Counted from the first letter of the stretch, positions 28,125 to 38,871 are shown. The stretch: DNA of 64,000 bases from Vicinamibacteria bacterium (GCA_022820825.1 JAJEEU010000101.1:38682-102681); one strand, 5' to 3'. Notes: a model not told the origin generated them from the letters alone. Made by a program: numbers and translations.

Positions 28125-29867
28125 TCAATCGCCCGCGCCGTCCCGATCGAACAACTGCAGCGCATACAGCTTGGCGTACAGGCTGTCGGTGGCCGCGAGG
28201 AGATCGTCGTGGCGCCCGATCTCCCGCACCCGGCCGTGGTCGAGCACAACGATCCGGTCGGCGCGGCGCACGGTGGACAGCCGGTGCGCTATCACGAACG
28301 CCGTCCGGTTCAGCATCAGCTTGGCGAGCGCGTCCTGCACCAGCAACTCGGACTCGGCATCGAGCGACGACGTCGCTTCGTCGAGTATCAGGATCGGCGA
28401 GTTGCGGAGCAGCGCACGGGCGATTGCAACCCGCTGCCGCTGCCCCCCGGACAGCCGCTGCCCGCGGTCGCCGATCAGCGTATCGTAGCCGGCCGGCAGC
28501 GTCGCGATGAACTCGTGCGCGTGCGCCGCGCGCGCCGCGACCTCGACGGCGTCCCGCGAGGCGGACGGCGCTGCGTAGGCGATGTTGTTGCCGATCGTGT
28601 CGTCGAACAGCACCGTGTCCTGGGTGACAATCCCGATCTGCGACCGCAACGACTCCACCGTCACGTCGCGGATGTCGACGCCGTCGACGGCGATGGACCC
28701 GCCCGTCACCTCGTAGAAGCGCGGCACGAGGTTGACGAGCGTCGTCTTGCCGGCGCCGCTCAGGCCTACAACCGCGACGACCTGTCCGGCGTCCACCTCG
28801 AACGACACGCGGTCGAGCACCTGTTCGTCCGGCGCATCGTCGTAGGCGAAGCTGACCTCCCGAAAGGCGATCGACCGCTCCAGCGGCGGCAGCCTCCGGG
28901 CGCCCGGCTTGTCCGCCGCCTCGCTGCGGGTGTCGAGCGTCTCGAACACCCGCTCCGCGGCCGCACGGGCCTGCTGGATGTTGGCGTTCACCCGGCTGAG
29001 CCGCTTGATCGGGGCGTACATCAGGAGCATGGCCCCCACGAACAACGAGAACCCGCCCGGCGTCAGATCCCCGGCTGCAATCTCCCGGCTGCCGTACCAC
29101 AAGACGCCGACAACCGCGAATGCGCCGAGCCATTCCATGAGCGGGGGAAGCGCGGACACCGAGCTGGTGACCTTCATGTTCATCCGGTACAGGCGCTCGG
29201 ACGCCTGGTCGAACCGCTGCTGCTCGTACTGCTCACCGGCGAAAGCCTTGACGATCCGGTGGCCGGCGAAGGCCTCCGCGGATATGTGCGAGAGGTGCTC
29301 CAGCTCCTCCTGGCCGCGCCGCGTCGAGCGCCGGACGCGCTGGCCGAGCCGCACGAGCGGGTACACGACGACCGGGGCGCCGGTGAGACACACGAGCGCC
29401 AGGCCGGTGTCCTGGTACAGCAACAGGCCGGCCAGGCCCGCCAGCGTGGCCGATTCGCGCAGCAGGTCGCCCATGGTGTGCGCGACAACCTGCTGGATCC
29501 GGTTGATGTCGTTCGTGATGCGCGACATCAGCCCCCCGGTGGTGCGGCGCGCGAAGAAACCGGCCGACTGGGCCAGGATGCGGCCGAACAACTGGCTGCG
29601 CAGGTCCCGGACCATGCGCTCGCCCACGCCGGTCATCAGATAGACGGAGAAGTACTCGGCGAGCCCCTTGCAGACGCTCAGGCCGATGACCGCCGACACC
29701 ACCCAGGCGAGCCCGGTGCGCTGGGGCAGCACCTCGTCGAATATCGGCTTGAAGAGGTACGCGCGCCCGGTGTGGGCGGCCGCGTAGATCAGCATCGCGA
29801 TCACCGCGAGCGCGAACCCGACGCGGTACGGGTAGCCGTAGCGGCACAGCCGCAGTATCGGATTCAC
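28125..29867 (-). CDS. ABC transporter permease/ATPase, MsbA-like lipid exporter
   Basis: A six-TM exporter domain is followed by an NBD (GLSGAGKTTL, LSGGQRQRVAIARA, ILILDEATS). The start was re-set to the GTG at 29865-29867, a GTGA overlap with the galE stop, giving 580 aa. Confidence 0.88.
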   Translation of the reverse strand: MNPILRLCRYGYPYRVGFALAVIAMLIYAAAHTGRAYLFKPIFDEVLPQRTGLAWVVSAVIGLSVCKGLAEYFSVYLMTGVGERMVRDLRSQLFGRILAQSAGFFARRTTGGLMSRITNDINRIQQVVAHTMGDLLRESATLAGLAGLLLYQDTGLALVCLTGAPVVVYPLVRLGQRVRRSTRRGQEELEHLSHISAEAFAGHRIVKAFAGEQYEQQRFDQASERLYRMNMKVTSSVSALPPLMEWLGAFAVVGVLWYGSREIAAGDLTPGGFSLFVGAMLLMYAPIKRLSRVNANIQQARAAAERVFETLDTRSEAADKPGARRLPPLERSIAFREVSFAYDDAPDEQVLDRVSFEVDAGQVVAVVGLSGAGKTTLVNLVPRFYEVTGGSIAVDGVDIRDVTVESLRSQIGIVTQDTVLFDDTIGNNIAYAAPSASRDAVEVAARAAHAHEFIATLPAGYDTLIGDRGQRLSGGQRQRVAIARALLRNSPILILDEATSSLDAESELLVQDALAKLMLNRTAFVIAHRLSTVRRADRIVVLDHGRVREIGRHDDLLAATDSLYAKLYALQLFDRDGAGD

Positions 29868-30850
29868 GATGCGTACCCGGCCGGATGGGACCGCTGCCAG
29901 CGCCACGCCGTCTCGACGATAACGTCCAGCTCCCCGTACTCCGGCTCCCAGCCGAGCTCGGAGCGCGCGCGTGCGCTGGAGGCGAGCAGCTCCGCCGGGT
30001 CGCCGGGCCGCCGGCGGCCGGCCGTGGACGGCACCGTCAGCCCCGTGACGCGCTCGACCGCCGCCACCACCTCGCGCACCGAATAACCGCGCCCGCTTCC
30101 CAGATTGCACACGCGCAGAGGTGTGTCCGCTTCCAGGGCCGCGAGCGCCAGCACGTGCGCGGCCGCGAGGTCGGAAACATGGACGTAGTCGCGCAGGCAG
30201 GTGCCGTCCGGCGTCGGGTAGTCGGCCCCGAAGCAGACCAGCGGCGGACCGCCGCGGGCCGCAGACAGCGCCCGCGGAATGAGATGCTCCTCGGGACGGT
30301 GATCCTCGCCGATGCTCCCGTCGGGGGCGGCGCCGGCGGCGTTGAAGTAGCGCAGGCGCACCGCCCGCAGTCCGTACGCGCGCTCGTAGTGTGGCAGCAG
30401 GTTCTCGACGGCGAGCTTCGTCTCGCCGTAGGGGTTCGTCGGACGGGTGGGATGATCCTCCGTGATCGGCGTCTCGCGCGGCTCGCCGTACACGGCCGCG
30501 GTCGACGAGAACACGAGCCGCTCCACGCCCTCCGCGACAACGGCGTCGAGCAACGCCAGCGTCTTAGTCACGTTCGCGGCGTAGTAGCGGGCCGGCGAGC
30601 GGACCGACTCGCCCACCGACAGCAGCGCCGCGAAGTGCATTACCGACGTTACCCGATGGCGCCGAATCGTGTCGCGGACGGCCGCCTGGTCGGAAATGTC
30701 CGCGACCACCAGCGGCGCGTCCCGCACCGCCGCGCGATGCCCGGCTTCCAGGCTGTCGAGGACCACCACGTCCCGGCCGGCCGCGCGCAGCGACAATACG
30801 GCGTGGCTGCCAACGTAACCAGCCCCGCCGGCCAGTAGAACGGCGCCCAT
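29864..30850 (-). CDS. galE: UDP-glucose 4-epimerase
   Basis: MGAVLLAGGAGYVGSH... and PYGETK (YxxxK) mark an SDR epimerase. The ATG at 30848-30850 overlaps the ugd stop by 1 nt. Confidence 0.9.
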   Translation of the reverse strand: MGAVLLAGGAGYVGSHAVLSLRAAGRDVVVLDSLEAGHRAAVRDAPLVVADISDQAAVRDTIRRHRVTSVMHFAALLSVGESVRSPARYYAANVTKTLALLDAVVAEGVERLVFSSTAAVYGEPRETPITEDHPTRPTNPYGETKLAVENLLPHYERAYGLRAVRLRYFNAAGAAPDGSIGEDHRPEEHLIPRALSAARGGPPLVCFGADYPTPDGTCLRDYVHVSDLAAAHVLALAALEADTPLRVCNLGSGRGYSVREVVAAVERVTGLTVPSTAGRRRPGDPAELLASSARARSELGWEPEYGELDVIVETAWRWQRSHPAGYAS

Positions 30851-32145
30851 TACCGACCGACCGAGAAGTAGGTGAAGCCCTCGGCCCGCATCTGTTCCAC
30901 GGCGAACAGATTGCGGCCGTCGAAGATGACCGGCGCGCGCAGCAGCGCCCGCATGCGCGCGAAGTCCGGCTCCCGGAAGGCATTCCACTCGGTCACGATG
31001 GCGAGGGCGTCCGCGCCGCGCAACGCGTCGTAGGCGCTGTCTGCGTAGGCAACCCGCGGGTCCATGACCTTGCGGGCCGTCTCGATCGCCTGCGGATCGT
31101 ACGCCACCACGCGCCCCCCGGCCTCCAGGATGCCCTCGGCGATCGCGATGGACGGCGCCTCGCGCATGTCGTCGGTGCGCGGCTTGAAGGCCAGGCCCCA
31201 GAGCGCGATGGTCTTGCCCTGCAGGGACGCGAAGTACGCCTTCATCCTGGCTACCAGCCGCGACTTCTGCGCCTCGTTCACCGCTTCGACGGCGTCGAGG
31301 ATGCGGCATTCGCTGCCGTTGCGGCGCGCGAGTCCGGCCAGCGCCCGCAGGTCCTTGGGGAAGCAACTGCCGCCGTAACCCACGCCCGGAAAGAGAAACG
31401 CCGGTCCGATGCGGCGGTCTGCGGCAATCACCCGCCGCACCTCGTCGACGTCGGCGCCGAACGTCTCGCACACGTTGGCCATCTCGTTCATGAAGGAGAC
31501 GCGCGTCGCCAGCATGGCGTTCGCCGCGTACTTGCTCAGCTCGGCGCTCGCGCAGTCCATCACCATGATGGGCGCGCCGGTCCGCGTGAACGGTGCGTAC
31601 AGGGCGCGCATGGTCCGCGCCGCACGCTCGTCGTCCGCGCCGATCACGACGCGGTCGGGCCGCATGAAGTCGTCGATGGCCGCGCCCTGCTTGAGAAACT
31701 CGGGGTTGGTGACGATGCTGAACGGCTGCGTCGTCGCTTCGGCCACCACCTCGCGGAGACGCGCCGCGGTACCCGCCGGCACCGTGCTCTTGGTCGCGAT
31801 GATCGTGTAGCCGTCGAGCGCGCCGGCAATCTCCCGGGCCACCTCGAGGACGTTCGTCAGGTCGGCCGCGCCATCCTCGCCGGACGGTGTGCCTACCGCG
31901 ATGAACACGATCTGCGACGCCGCCGCAGCTCGTGTGAGCGAAGTGGTGAACGCCAGGCGCTCCTCGCGCCGGTTGCGCGTCACGAGCTCCTCGAGACCCG
32001 GTTCGTAGATGGGAATGCGGCCCTGCTCCAGGGCGCGGACCTTGGCCGCGTCATTGTCGACGCAGACTACGGTGTTGCCGTTCTCCGCGAAGCAGGCGCC
32101 CACCACCAATCCGACGTATCCGGTTCCGACCACCGCGATTTTCAT
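30850..32145 (-). CDS. ugd: UDP-glucose 6-dehydrogenase
   Basis: 431 aa. MKIAVVGTGYVGLVVGACFAE and GYGGSCFPKD (catalytic Cys) are present. Confidence 0.93.
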   Translation of the reverse strand: MKIAVVGTGYVGLVVGACFAENGNTVVCVDNDAAKVRALEQGRIPIYEPGLEELVTRNRREERLAFTTSLTRAAAASQIVFIAVGTPSGEDGAADLTNVLEVAREIAGALDGYTIIATKSTVPAGTAARLREVVAEATTQPFSIVTNPEFLKQGAAIDDFMRPDRVVIGADDERAARTMRALYAPFTRTGAPIMVMDCASAELSKYAANAMLATRVSFMNEMANVCETFGADVDEVRRVIAADRRIGPAFLFPGVGYGGSCFPKDLRALAGLARRNGSECRILDAVEAVNEAQKSRLVARMKAYFASLQGKTIALWGLAFKPRTDDMREAPSIAIAEGILEAGGRVVAYDPQAIETARKVMDPRVAYADSAYDALRGADALAIVTEWNAFREPDFARMRALLRAPVIFDGRNLFAVEQMRAEGFTYFSVGR

Positions 32146-32279
32146 TGCCGCCGGCTCTCTGCAAGGACGCGCACCCGACGTTCACCGCCGGTGCGCAGGC
32201 ACAAAACTGCCATGATACCGAATGGAGAGAATACGGGGCGGGCGCCGGGCGGACCCCGCCACGCTATAGTGGAATCGAG

Positions 32280-33398
32280 ATGCGGATCGCCATCGACGCG
32301 CGCAAGCTGCACGACTACGGTATCGGCACCTATTTGCGCAACCTGCTGCGCCAGCTCGCACGCATCGATCACGACACGGAATACGTTCTGCTCTGCCGGC
32401 GCAGCGATCAACAGCTCGTGGACCGGCTGGGCGGCAACTTCCGGGGCGTCACCGAATCGTCCGGGCTGTACTCCATGAGCGAGCAGCTCTCGATTCCGCT
32501 GAGCCTCGCCCGCCTTGCGCCCGATCTGTTCCATACGCCGCACTACGTGCTGCCCCCGCTGGCGCCCTGCCGTTCAATCGTCACCATCCACGATTGCATC
32601 CACCTGATATTTCCGCAGTACCTGCGGCACCGGATGGCGTACGCCTACGCCCGGACGATGTTCTGGACGGCCGTCCACCGCGCCAGCCGCATCCTGACGG
32701 TTTCGGAAGCATCCAAGAACGACATCCTGCGCTTTTTCGACGTGCCGGCCTCCAAGGTAACGGTCATCTACAACGCCATCGACGACCTCTTCTTCGAGGA
32801 ACCGCCGGAGTCGGAGATCGTTCGGGTCCGCGAGCGGTACCAGTTGCACGACCGGTTCGTGATGTACGGCGGCAACGTGTCGCCCCACAAGAACGTGGAG
32901 CGCCTGATCGAGGCGTTCGTGCTGCTGCGCCGCGACGGGCTCGACGATCTGAAGCTGCTCGTCACCGGCGGCGAGGTTTCCCGCTATTCGTCGCTGCGCC
33001 GGGCCGTGCATCGTCACAACCTCCACCAGCACGTCCGGTTTCTCGGCTACCAGTCCGAGACCACGCTGGCGGCGCTGTACCGGCTGGCCGACGTATTCGT
33101 CTTTCCCTCGCTGTACGAGGGATTCGGCCTGCCGCCGCTGGAGGCCATGGCCAGCGGCACGCCGGTCGTCGTGTCCAACGTCTCCTCACTCCCGGAGGTG
33201 GTCGGGGACGGGGCCATACTCGTCAATCCGTACGAGCCGCGCGCAATCGCCGACGGCATTCACAAGGCGCTCGGGGACGCGGCGCTGCGCGAGCAGCTGC
33301 GGGTCCGCGGTCTGGCCCGCGCGCGATCGTTTTCGTGGCCCGAGTCCGTCAAACGGATCCACGCGATCTACCTGCAGATCGCCGCAGGCCAGGCGTGA
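32280..33398 (+). CDS. glycosyltransferase family 1 (GT4-type)
   Basis: [10 protein letters not shown]... with the C-terminal [26 protein letters not shown] (EX7E region). ATG at 32280 is preceded by TATAGT 9 nt upstream. Confidence 0.85.
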   Translation: MRIAIDARKLHDYGIGTYLRNLLRQLARIDHDTEYVLLCRRSDQQLVDRLGGNFRGVTESSGLYSMSEQLSIPLSLARLAPDLFHTPHYVLPPLAPCRSIVTIHDCIHLIFPQYLRHRMAYAYARTMFWTAVHRASRILTVSEASKNDILRFFDVPASKVTVIYNAIDDLFFEEPPESEIVRVRERYQLHDRFVMYGGNVSPHKNVERLIEAFVLLRRDGLDDLKLLVTGGEVSRYSSLRRAVHRHNLHQHVRFLGYQSETTLAALYRLADVFVFPSLYEGFGLPPLEAMASGTPVVVSNVSSLPEVVGDGAILVNPYEPRAIADGIHKALGDAALREQLRVRGLARARSFSWPESVKRIHAIYLQIAAGQA

Positions 33399-33406
33399 CC
33401 AGGAAT

Positions 33407-34546
33407 ATGCCGGTGCGGCCTGCCGACCTGCGCGGCGCCCGCGTGGCGCTCGTGCACGACTGGCTCACCGGAATGCGCGGCGGCGAAAAGGTCCTCGAGG
33501 CGCTGCTGGATCTCCTTCCGGACGCTTCCCTGTTCACGCTGCTGCACGTCGCGGGCGCGGTTTCGCCACGCCTGGAGGCGTTGCGGCCGAGCGTCTCGTT
33601 CGTCCAGTACCTGCCGGACGCCCGGCGCCGGTACCGCTGGTATGTCGGACTCTTTCCGGCTGCCGTCGAGCAGTTCGACCTCGACGAATTCGACCTGGTG
33701 CTCAGCACGAGCCACTGCGCGGCCAAATCGGTCGTGCGGGCGGGGCGCGCGCGGCACGTCTGCTACTGCCATACGCCGATGCGCTACGCGTGGGACCAGT
33801 TCGACAACTATTTCGGCCCGCAACGGGTGGGTCCACTGCAGAACCGGCTCTTCCGGCTCGCATTCAGCCGTCTGGCCAGGTGGGACGCGGCGACGGCGGG
33901 GCGGGTCGATCGGTACGTGGCGAACTCGCACCACGTTGCTGCGAGAATCCGGCGATACTATAATCGTCAGGCCACGGTCGTGCATCCACCAGTCGACACG
34001 GCGTTCTTCAGTCCCAACGGGTCACCGCCAGGTTCGTATTTCCTGATCGTCTCGGCGCTGGTACCGTACAAGCGGATCGAGATGGCCATGGATGCGTGCC
34101 GTCTGGCGCGGGTGCCGTTGCGGATCGCCGGAGAAGGCCCGGAGCGCGAGCGCCTGCAGGCGCTCGCCGGACCGGACGTGGAGTTCATGGGTTGGCGGTC
34201 GGACGAGGAAATCCGGGAGCTCTACCGCGGCGCCAGGGCCTTCCTGCTGCCCGGCGAGGAGGACTTCGGCATCGCACCCGTCGAGGCGCTTGCCTGCGGC
34301 CGTCCGGTGGTCGGCCTCGCCCGGGGCGGCGTCACCGAGACGGTTTCTGACGGCGTCACCGGCGTGCTGGTCGACGAGCCGGCCGTGGAGGCGTTCGCCG
34401 CGGGCATCGCCCGCGCCGCCGCCCTGCGCTTCGACGCCGAGCGCATCCGCAACCATGCGTTGCGTTTCTCGGTCAGTCGCTTTCACGACGAAATGCGCCC
34501 GTTGCTCGAGGCCGCGGCGGTCCAGGCGGGAGGCGCCGCGGCATGA
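33407..34546 (+). CDS. glycosyltransferase family 1
   Basis: VALVHDWLTGMRGGEKVLE... with the C-terminal LLPGEEDFGIAPVEALACGRPVV. ATG at 33407. Confidence 0.85.
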   Translation: MPVRPADLRGARVALVHDWLTGMRGGEKVLEALLDLLPDASLFTLLHVAGAVSPRLEALRPSVSFVQYLPDARRRYRWYVGLFPAAVEQFDLDEFDLVLSTSHCAAKSVVRAGRARHVCYCHTPMRYAWDQFDNYFGPQRVGPLQNRLFRLAFSRLARWDAATAGRVDRYVANSHHVAARIRRYYNRQATVVHPPVDTAFFSPNGSPPGSYFLIVSALVPYKRIEMAMDACRLARVPLRIAGEGPERERLQALAGPDVEFMGWRSDEEIRELYRGARAFLLPGEEDFGIAPVEALACGRPVVGLARGGVTETVSDGVTGVLVDEPAVEAFAAGIARAAALRFDAERIRNHALRFSVSRFHDEMRPLLEAAAVQAGGAAA

Positions 34547-35982
34547 TTACGCGGCTGAGCCGGCGGCTCGTCACGCTCCACGCCGTAACCGATTCGCTGC
34601 TGTGCATGCTGGCGTTCGCGCTGGCGTACTTCATCCGCTTCGAGCTGCCGCTGTTCGAGGCTCCCAAGGGCCAGCCCCCGTTCGCGCAGTACCTCGTCCT
34701 GATTCCGTTCATCGGCATCCTGGTGCCGCTGGCGTTCAACCTGCAGGGCGCCTACCGCCTGCCCCGGATCCGGACGCGCGTGGACGACTTCTTCTCGGCG
34801 CTCGTCAGCAACGTAATGGTCGTGGTGGTCGGCCTGCTCGGCACGCTGTACTACCAGGTCTACGTCGCCGGGCCGCAGGCGCAGGCCGCCGGCGCCTACG
34901 AGGTTTCGCGGCTGGTCTGGCTGCTGTACCTGGTCCTGGGCATCAGCCTGACGTACGCCTCGCGCGCCGTGGTGCGCATCGAGACGAAACGGCGTTTCGA
35001 TGTCGGGGTCGGCCTCAAGCGGGTGTTGATCGCCGGCACCGGCAACCTGGCCCGGCACGTTGCCGACAAGCTGCTGGAGCACCGGGAGTTCGGCTTCGAG
35101 GTCGCCGGGTTCGTGGACGATTCGGCGGGCGCCGACACCGCGGGCTACCGCGGCCTGCCGCTGCACGGGAGCATCGCCGACACCGGCGAGATCATCCGCC
35201 GCGAGCGCGTGGATCAACTGTACGTCGCGCTCCCGCTCGAAGAGCACGTCAAGATGCTCGGATTGATTGAAGTCGCCAACCGGGAGTGCATCGACGTCAA
35301 GATAGCGCCCGACATCCTGCACGTCATCGCCCTGCGGGCGCGGCTCGAGGATCTGGACGGCGTCCCGCTCATCAACATCAACGACGTGCCGCTGCAGGGC
35401 CTCAACAGCCTGGTCAAGCGCATCATCGACATCTCGGTGTCCGCGGTGGTGCTGGTCGGCCTGACCCTGCCGTGCGCCGCCATCGCCGCCATCATCCGGC
35501 TCACGTCGCCCGGACCCGTGTTCTACCGGCAGGAGCGCATGGGACTCGACCGGCATCCGTTCATGGTGCTCAAGTTCCGGTCGATGTACAACGACGCCGA
35601 GCGCGAGACCGGGCCGGTGTGGACGCGGGAGAACGATCCGCGCGTCACGCCGGTGGGCCGTGTCCTGCGGCGGTTCAGCATCGACGAGCTGCCGCAGCTC
35701 TGGAACGTGCTGATGGGCGACATGTCGCTGGTCGGTCCGCGGCCCGAGCGCCCGTTCTTCGTCGAGCAGTTCCGCGAGCGCGTGCCGCAGTACATGCTTC
35801 GCCACAAGGTGAAGTCGGGTCTCACGGGGTGGGCGCAGGTGAACGACTGGCGCGGCAACACCTCGATCGAGAAGCGGATCGAGTGCGACCTGTACTACAT
35901 CGAGAACTGGTCCTTCGCGCTCGACTTCAAGATCCTGTGGCTCACGGTGGTGCGCGTATTCTTCCACCGCCACGCCTACTAG
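34543..35982 (+). CDS. polyprenyl-phosphate hexose-1-phosphate transferase (WbaP/exopolysaccharide priming sugar transferase)
   Basis: 479 aa with N-terminal TM segments and a C-terminal bacterial sugar-transferase domain (VLKFRSM...[24 protein letters not shown]). Its start overlaps the previous gene by 4 nt. Confidence 0.88.
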   Translation: MITRLSRRLVTLHAVTDSLLCMLAFALAYFIRFELPLFEAPKGQPPFAQYLVLIPFIGILVPLAFNLQGAYRLPRIRTRVDDFFSALVSNVMVVVVGLLGTLYYQVYVAGPQAQAAGAYEVSRLVWLLYLVLGISLTYASRAVVRIETKRRFDVGVGLKRVLIAGTGNLARHVADKLLEHREFGFEVAGFVDDSAGADTAGYRGLPLHGSIADTGEIIRRERVDQLYVALPLEEHVKMLGLIEVANRECIDVKIAPDILHVIALRARLEDLDGVPLININDVPLQGLNSLVKRIIDISVSAVVLVGLTLPCAAIAAIIRLTSPGPVFYRQERMGLDRHPFMVLKFRSMYNDAERETGPVWTRENDPRVTPVGRVLRRFSIDELPQLWNVLMGDMSLVGPRPERPFFVEQFRERVPQYMLRHKVKSGLTGWAQVNDWRGNTSIEKRIECDLYYIENWSFALDFKILWLTVVRVFFHRHAY

Positions 35983-35996
35983 AAACCGGTCTCCTG

Positions 35997-36944
35997 GTGC
36001 CCCCCGGACCGAGCGACCGCGTGGTCATCACCGGCGCAGCCGGCTTCATCGGCTCGCATCTGAGCGAGGCGCTGCTCGACCGCGGCCACACCGTAATCGG
36101 CATCGACAACCTCCTGACCGGCGACCGGAAGAACGTCGAGCATCTGCAACAGCGCGACTTCCACCTCATCCAGCAGGACGTCGCCCGCTACATCGACGTC
36201 GACGGCCCCGTGGACCGGGTCCTGCACTGGGCCAGTCCGGCGAGTCCGGCCGACTATCTGGCCTATCCGATCCAGACGCTCAAGGCGGGAGCGCTCGGAA
36301 CGCACAACGCGCTCGGACTGGCGCGCGCGAAGCGCGCCACCTTCGTGCTGGCATCGACCTCCGAGGTGTACGGGGACCCGGCGGAGCACCCGCAGCCGGA
36401 GACCTACTGGGGTCACGTCAACCCGATCGGACCGCGTGGCGTGTACGACGAGGCCAAGCGGTTCGCCGAGGCGATGACGACGGCGTACCACCGGCACCAC
36501 GGCCTGCAGACGAGGATCGTCCGGATTTTCAACACGTACGGGCCGCGCATGCGGCTGGACGACGGCCGCGCCATACCGAACTTCATCGTCCAGGCCCTGC
36601 AGGGCGAGGACATCACCATCTACGGCGACGGCGAACAGACCCGCAGCTTCTGTTACATCAGCGATCTGGTCGAGGGGATCATCCGGCTCATGCACGCGGA
36701 TACGGCCGAACCGGTCAACATCGGCAACCCGAACGAGATGTCCATCGTGCAGGTCGCCCGGAGGATCGTCGACGCGACAGGATCCCGGTCGCGGGTCGTC
36801 CACGAGCCGCTGCCGGCCGACGATCCCAAGGTGCGCAGGCCGGATATCACCCGCGCCCGCAAGCTGCTCGGCTGGGAACCGCGCGTGTCCCTGGAAACGG
36901 GGTTGCGCGCCACGATCGACGACGTCCGCCGCAGGCTCGGCTAG
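35997..36944 (+). CDS. uxs: UDP-glucuronate decarboxylase (UDP-xylose synthase)
   Basis: [14 protein letters not shown]..., [15 protein letters not shown] and FNTYGPRM are UXS-type SDR motifs. The start is ambiguous (GTG 35997, CTG 35994 or GTG 36021). Confidence 0.85.
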   Translation: MPPGPSDRVVITGAAGFIGSHLSEALLDRGHTVIGIDNLLTGDRKNVEHLQQRDFHLIQQDVARYIDVDGPVDRVLHWASPASPADYLAYPIQTLKAGALGTHNALGLARAKRATFVLASTSEVYGDPAEHPQPETYWGHVNPIGPRGVYDEAKRFAEAMTTAYHRHHGLQTRIVRIFNTYGPRMRLDDGRAIPNFIVQALQGEDITIYGDGEQTRSFCYISDLVEGIIRLMHADTAEPVNIGNPNEMSIVQVARRIVDATGSRSRVVHEPLPADDPKVRRPDITRARKLLGWEPRVSLETGLRATIDDVRRRLG

Positions 36945-36958
36945 CGCCCGGCTCTCGA

Positions 36959-37510
36959 CTAACGGTTCACCAGGCGCGCGGCGTGGACGATGTAGTGGAA
37001 TCCGGAAGCGAGCGTCACCGCGAGCGCCGCCCAGATGGCCACGTCGACCAGCACGGACGGGCGGCCGAGGTAATTGAACAACAGCGTGAGGCTGCCGGTC
37101 AGGATGTAGACGAAGGTGGCGATCTTCCCCAGGTTCGAAGGCGGGAACGTGAACCGCTCCAGCGCCAGGTTCACCACGGCCACCGTCAGCACGATGATCA
37201 CGTCGCGGCTGATGACCAGCACGGTCAGCCAGATCGGCAGCCGGTTCACCAGGTCGAGCCCCGGCATGGTGAGCACGACGAACGTCGACACCAGCAGCAG
37301 CTTGTCGGCCATCGGGTCGAGCAGCGCCCCGAGGCTGGTCGGCCCGCCGGAGCGGCGCGCGATGAGTCCGTCGAGCCCGTCCGTCACGCCCGCGATGATG
37401 AAGACGATCAACGCCCAGCCGGGGTACCCGTAGATGACCAGGATGACCAGCACCGGCACGAGCAGCAAGCGCACCAGCGTCAACTGATTGGCCAGGGTGA
37501 GCGTCGCCAT
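36959..37510 (-). CDS. pgsA: CDP-diacylglycerol-glycerol-3-phosphate 3-phosphatidyltransferase (CDP-alcohol phosphatidyltransferase)
   Basis: MATLTLANQLTLVRL... and the DGLDGLIARRSG...GALLDPMADK motif are present. ATG at 37508-37510; the track ORF is over-extended. Confidence 0.85.
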   Translation of the reverse strand: MATLTLANQLTLVRLLLVPVLVILVIYGYPGWALIVFIIAGVTDGLDGLIARRSGGPTSLGALLDPMADKLLLVSTFVVLTMPGLDLVNRLPIWLTVLVISRDVIIVLTVAVVNLALERFTFPPSNLGKIATFVYILTGSLTLLFNYLGRPSVLVDVAIWAALAVTLASGFHYIVHAARLVNR

Positions 37511-37515
37511 GGCGA

Positions 37516-38871
37516 CTAGCAGCCTGCCTCTTCCGCCAGCGCCGCCAAGCGATCCGTCACGCGCGCCGCGGCGGCGCCGTCGACCGCCTGCGTGGGCTGG
37601 AACGCCTGCCCCTCCAGCACACGCATCACGCCGGCCGTAACGGCCCGCGCGGCGGAGGGATAACGCAGGTGGCCGGCAGGCATGTCGCTGAACACGGGTC
37701 GGCCGGAGGACCAGCGGGCCGCGGACGCGGGATCGCCGACTGCCAGCAGGTCCAGCAGGGCGCTCACGATTTCCGCCAGATCGGCACGCCGCACCGTGCG
37801 CGACGGATCGAAGCGGTACGCCGCGTCGACGCTCATTACTCCGGCCCGGGTTACGTCCAGGATCCACCGCTGCGCCCAGTGATCGCGGGCGTCCGTTACG
37901 ATGACTGTCCGTCCCTCGTCCGCCGCAACCGCGAGCAGGTCGGCAAACCGCGATCCGATCAGCGCCGCCAGCTCGCCGCGCGTGACCGCCGCCCGCCCGC
38001 GAATCGCCCGGATCTCCGGCGGCAGCGCCGCCAGCCTCAACTGCTCGCGCCATTGCTCCAGTTGCCGTGTGACCTCGTCGCTGGGCGCCAGGCGGTCGAC
38101 GCGCTCGAAAGCCGCGATGGCAGCCGCCAGATCCCCAGCCGTCGCGTGCAGCTCCCCCTCCAGCCGGAACGCCGCCGGATCCGAAGGATCGAGCTCGATG
38201 GCCCGCCGCACGTGTCGGAGCGCGGCCGCGGCGTCCTGGAGATCGCGCTCCACCCGGCCGAGCTCCAGATGCAGGAACGCACTGTCGGGCGACGCCGCGA
38301 TCAGTTGCTCGTACGCCGCCCTGGCGGCCGGCAGCCGGCCGGCCCCGGCATGCTCGCGCGCCGCCGCGATCCGCTGGCTGACCAGCGTGAAGCGCAGTTG
38401 CTCCACGGCGCGCCCGATGTGCGACAGGCCGGCGTCCAGCGCCAGCGCAGCCTCGAACGAGCGCAGCGCCGCCTCCGAATCGTCCAGCGCGAGGAGCGCC
38501 TCGCCGCGTCCGACGAGCGCCGGCACGTAGTCCGTCGACGCCGCGACGGCCCGGCCGAAATGGAGCTCCGCGGCACGCGCATCGCCGCGCGCCAGGTGCA
38601 GCCAGCCCAGCCCGGTCTCCGCCGGATAGAATCCCGGGCTCGTCTCGACGAGCGCCACGTACCGCCGCTCCGCGGTGGACAGATCACCCGCCTGAAAGAA
38701 CGCCCATGCATCATCGAGGCGTCGCGCCGCAGGCGAGCCGAGCAGCTCCGCGGGGACGGCAGGGTACAGGTAGTCGGGATAGGCGGGCGACGACACGACC
38801 GGCGGCCGGACGCTGCAGCCTGCCGCCAGCAGCGCGGCAATCAGCACTGTCCGCAACGTGGTCCGCGTCAC
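37516..38871 (-). CDS. TPR-repeat lipoprotein with C-terminal SLH-like domain
   Basis: Lipobox LLAAGC, several TPR-like repeats, and C-terminal segments resembling S-layer-homology motifs (AVTRGELAALI..., FDPSRTVRRADLAEIV). The GTG start overlaps the hflX stop (GTGA). Confidence 0.7.
   Translation of the reverse strand: MTRTTLRTVLIAALLAAGCSVRPPVVSSPAYPDYLYPAVPAELLGSPAARRLDDAWAFFQAGDLSTAERRYVALVETSPGFYPAETGLGWLHLARGDARAAELHFGRAVAASTDYVPALVGRGEALLALDDSEAALRSFEAALALDAGLSHIGRAVEQLRFTLVSQRIAAAREHAGAGRLPAARAAYEQLIAASPDSAFLHLELGRVERDLQDAAAALRHVRRAIELDPSDPAAFRLEGELHATAGDLAAAIAAFERVDRLAPSDEVTRQLEQWREQLRLAALPPEIRAIRGRAAVTRGELAALIGSRFADLLAVAADEGRTVIVTDARDHWAQRWILDVTRAGVMSVDAAYRFDPSRTVRRADLAEIVSALLDLLAVGDPASAARWSSGRPVFSDMPAGHLRYPSAARAVTAGVMRVLEGQAFQPTQAVDGAAAARVTDRLAALAEEAGC

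Noticed and set aside
25367-28510. A 1047-aa plus-strand ORF, the longest in the window, which could be read as a giant novel protein.
   Set aside because: It runs antisense to four well-supported genes (coaBC, gmk, yicC and the MsbA-like exporter). Its translation is an Arg/Ala/Gly/Pro-rich low-complexity string with no motifs. This is the typical shadow ORF produced by high GC3 on the opposite strand.
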